From assembly GCA_051599415.1 (NCBI GenBank), contig AP039706.1, forward strand, positions 62,001 to 126,000: a stretch of 64,000 bases of DNA. The letters run 5' to 3'. The notes beneath the pieces were generated by a model that saw only the letters and a list, made by a program, of their open reading frames with translations, made no database searches and was not told the DNA's origin. Numbering within the stretch: position 1 is the first letter of the stretch; each line of letters starts with the position of its first letter. Made by a program: the position numbers and the translations under genes. Positions 61,263 through 64,000 of this stretch are shown here, piece by piece. This DNA comes from Savitreella phatthalungensis (taxonomy: Eukaryota).

Positions 61263-61919
61263 ATCTCCCTTATCTATAACTCTCGAACCTCGAACGTCTC
61301 TTCTCTATCCTTTTTCAGACAAAGACCTGCACATGGAGCTTCCTTCACCCACCTTCTACTCTTCTTCCACCATCAGCAATAAAAGGCTCGAGGTGTCCTG
61401 TTGACCATCGATGATGTGTGTGTGAGTAGCGTGAATAGTGTTAATTAGGATCATGTGGTGTGACCTTACTTACATATTGACCCATGAAATTTCACATCTT
61501 CGCCACTCTCAGCTATAGCACAAGAATAACACCTGTCTGAGTAGGGTTGAAGCCAGATGGTAGATTGTCCAGCCACCTCCAAAGACGACTCAGGCGTCTG
61601 TCGCTAGACATCCTTCGAACCGTTCACAAATCCAACGTCATCGCAGTGCTCTCTATCGTGTTCTACCCTACCATCTACACCTCCTCCTGCTGATATCCTC
61701 GTTCTTTAGAGTCCGAAGTGGCTTTTCATTCTCTCTACTCTAGAATGTCGCAGGAGTCAGACTTGAAGATAGTCTATTGGTGTCCACTTCTGGCTTTAAT
61801 TGTCTCTCTCTCTGTCTCTCTCTCTCGGGCGCTCTCACTCGCTCGCTCTCGCCCTGCCCATCGATCTTACCTGCTACCTGATCTCGCCTGGATCTGTGAA
61901 TGCGAATGGTGGATAACTC

Positions 61920-62100
61920 GAGCGAGCGAGCGAGTAAGTGAGTGACTGACTGACTTGAATCTGTTCTACTGTTATTGTTGATCGGGAGTGGGCGCGAGTG
62001 AGTGAGTGAATGAGTGAGTGAGATGATGTCGCTCGCTCGCTCGCACCTCACCTTGCTCCACTCCACTCCACTCCACTCCACTCCACTGCACTACACTACA
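61920..62100 (+). repeat. Compound microsatellites (GAGC)/(GAGT)/(TCGC)/(CTCCA)n
   Basis: Directly visible tandem runs upstream of the 62291 gene. Confidence 0.8.
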
Positions 62101-62290
62101 CACCTGGGGAACACATACTCTATTCTCCTTTCCACTGCAACAACCACCAGCGCTACCACGACCATCATCCTGTTGTGTTCGCGCGCATCCGTACCCAATT
62201 GTACACACGCAGACTATTCCTCTGCCTGCAGCTGTTCAGAAGTCGCGTTGCAAGTCCCATTCCTTGTAACACAGACCATCGTACTCTAAC

Positions 62291-62824
62291 ATGGCCAACG
62301 CCGCAAATGCCAACTCGTCCTCGAAGGGCAAGCGCACAGACGAAGCGCTCTACGAGAAGTGTGTGGAGGAGATCAAGAACAAGCCGAACAAGGATGGAAG
62401 CGGGAAAGGCCAATGGGCTGCATGGAAGTCTGCAGAGGCTGTGAAGCTGTACGAGTCAAAGGGTGGAGGTTACGAGGGCAAGGACGGGAGCAAGAACGAG
62501 CCGAAGAAGGGTGCGCCAGAACCGAAGAAGGAAGGATCGTCTGGAGGAAGCAACAAGAAGGCCTCGACCGACGGCAACAAGTCGCCAGCCAAGAAGGACG
62601 ACAAGAAGAAGGATGAATCGTCCAACAAGCGTGAAGTCGGAGCAACAGCACAGGCAGACGACAAGAAGGAGACCAAGAAGGCAAAAACAGAGCCAAAGAA
62701 GGAGGATGCCAAGTCCTCAAAGCCCAAGTCATCATCATCGTCCTCCTCCGCCGCAAAGACAAAGACGGCAGCAACCCCACAGGGAAAGACCGAGCGCGTC
62801 ACACGCTCACAGGACAAGAAGTAG
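62291..62824 (+). CDS. Small basic hydrophilic protein with an N-terminal DUF5872-like motif
   Basis: TDEALYEKCVEEIK...GKGQWAAWKSAEAVKLYESKGGGY resembles the GQWSARKA...Y...GGGY family motif; the tail is K/S-rich and probably disordered. Confidence 0.7.
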   Translation: MANAANANSSSKGKRTDEALYEKCVEEIKNKPNKDGSGKGQWAAWKSAEAVKLYESKGGGYEGKDGSKNEPKKGAPEPKKEGSSGGSNKKASTDGNKSPAKKDDKKKDESSNKREVGATAQADDKKETKKAKTEPKKEDAKSSKPKSSSSSSSAAKTKTAATPQGKTERVTRSQDKK

Positions 62825-63326
62825 GACAAGAGGTTGGATCGTTCAAACCCTCACTCTCCATTCTCAATCCTGTCAGAGCACCGTCCCGCCTTCCACCCCT
62901 TCACTCTTACACACCTCCACACCCACGCACCCACACAGAAACTCTGTCTGTAACGTATCTTCCTCTCGTTGTATCTTGGTAGTGTAGTCAAAGTAAAGTT
63001 AAGTAAAGTAAAGCAATCACTCGGGACTGCGTGCTCGGCTGAGCCGAGTGTACAGCTGGTAACACTCTTTGGATGTTGTTGTTGGGAAGAAGGATATGCC
63101 GAAGAGTTTAAAATGGACTTTCAACTATGATGTCAATTCCCATCCATCTCCACATCAACCCTTGCACATACACAGACACTTACACGCACACCTACACATA
63201 CTCACATACCTTCAAAGACACCCTCTCCCTCAGGGACAGATACTAGACTCTAGTCAGCCAGTCCTCTACCGGCGCTCGCTATCTCTGGCACTCTAGTCAC
63301 ACCAGTCGCCAAAAGCATTGGAAACC

Positions 63327-64000
63327 ATGTCATCGCAAGACAAGCGAGAAGGAAAGCTTCTACAACCTCATCTAGATCCAAACTACTCTGCAAGGCCAGA
63401 GACTATCCTTCCGTCAGATGATCCTCAACGTGACTCATCGCTAAAGCTCAAGGGAGGTGACGTACACAGGGATCTCTACAGGATCGATGCGCGTGCAGCA
63501 CAAGCAAAGCATCGGCGGACTCGATCAGATCCCCAGGTCCCCACAGAGGATACTCTCACTTCCTCCGGCAGCAATACACCAGCCCGTGACGGTACACCCA
63601 CCATCACACTCCCAGATCCATCTACACAGCGGAGACCTGGCGGTTTCAGAAGAGCGTACCTTCAGCAGCAGAACCGCCAAGCTAATCACCGTCGAGGATA
63701 CACTCTAGCTGCCTTGCCAGGTCATGCTTCCTTCGTGCAGTTCCTAGATCTGTATGGTTCCTTCGCAGGAGAAGATCTCGCAGATACGGACGATGATGAT
63801 GACGATGATGACGACGAGAATGACGGTGAAGCAGATAGAGAGGAGGACGGTCGTGACGATGACGACAGGGAAGGTCAGTCTCAGAGACGTGGAGAGAGAA
63901 GACCACTTCTAAATCAGCGTCGATCTACAAAGAAGTCGTCCTCGAAGGAAGAAGCAGGCAGTACAAAGACCTTCTTCCTCCTTCTCAAATCCTTCATTGG
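63327..64000 (+). CDS. AVT3: Vacuolar amino acid transporter Avt3/Avt4-like, 3'-truncated by the window edge (absent from the ORF track)
   Basis: Open frame from ATG 63327: SLKLKGGDVHRDLY, RRPGGFRRAYL, FVQFLDLYGSFAGEDL, an acidic stretch, dileucine-like ERRPLL and TFFLLLKSFIG (start of TM1). Confidence 0.9.
   Translation, partial: MSSQDKREGKLLQPHLDPNYSARPETILPSDDPQRDSSLKLKGGDVHRDLYRIDARAAQAKHRRTRSDPQVPTEDTLTSSGSNTPARDGTPTITLPDPSTQRRPGGFRRAYLQQQNRQANHRRGYTLAALPGHASFVQFLDLYGSFAGEDLADTDDDDDDDDDENDGEADREEDGRDDDDREGQSQRRGERRPLLNQRRSTKKSSSKEEAGSTKTFFLLLKSFI

Overview
Compact, intron-poor fungal genomic DNA, most consistent with an early-diverging ascomycete such as a Taphrinomycotina species (inferred from gene content, short introns and very short intergenic gaps). 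It holds about 30 protein genes and one tRNA-Glu(CTC). Conserved genes in order: SET1 (5'-truncated), CUZ1, URA6, Voa1/Big1-like, ERJ5, EAF1, YIP3, PAN1, an SPT small subunit, BUD23, kinesin-5, PCH2, a CSC1/TMEM63 channel, ATP11, a peroxisomal 4CL-like ligase, a LYAR-type zinc finger, an RRP17-like protein, HEL2, a DEK-C/SWIB protein, ERV2, IRE1, a DH-BAR RhoGEF, a RhoGAP, RRS1, RSM23, a Zn-dependent dehydrogenase, a DUF5872-like protein and the 5' end of an AVT3/4 transporter. I reconstructed several spliced genes that the ORF track misses. Main leads: (1) the unannotated 1157-aa ORF looks like a Red1/Rec10/SYCP2-type meiotic axis protein and lies about 3 kb from an intron-rich PCH2; (2) an AUG-less membrane-peptide ORF is in frame with URA6 and separated from it by a single UAA; (3) a hidden spliced gene at about 35.2-35.8 kb encodes a tail-anchored protein; (4) CACGTG sites recur in divergent promoters and in an oversized EAF1 intron. 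No mobile elements, rRNA or CRISPR arrays were seen. All family assignments come from motif recognition, not database searches.
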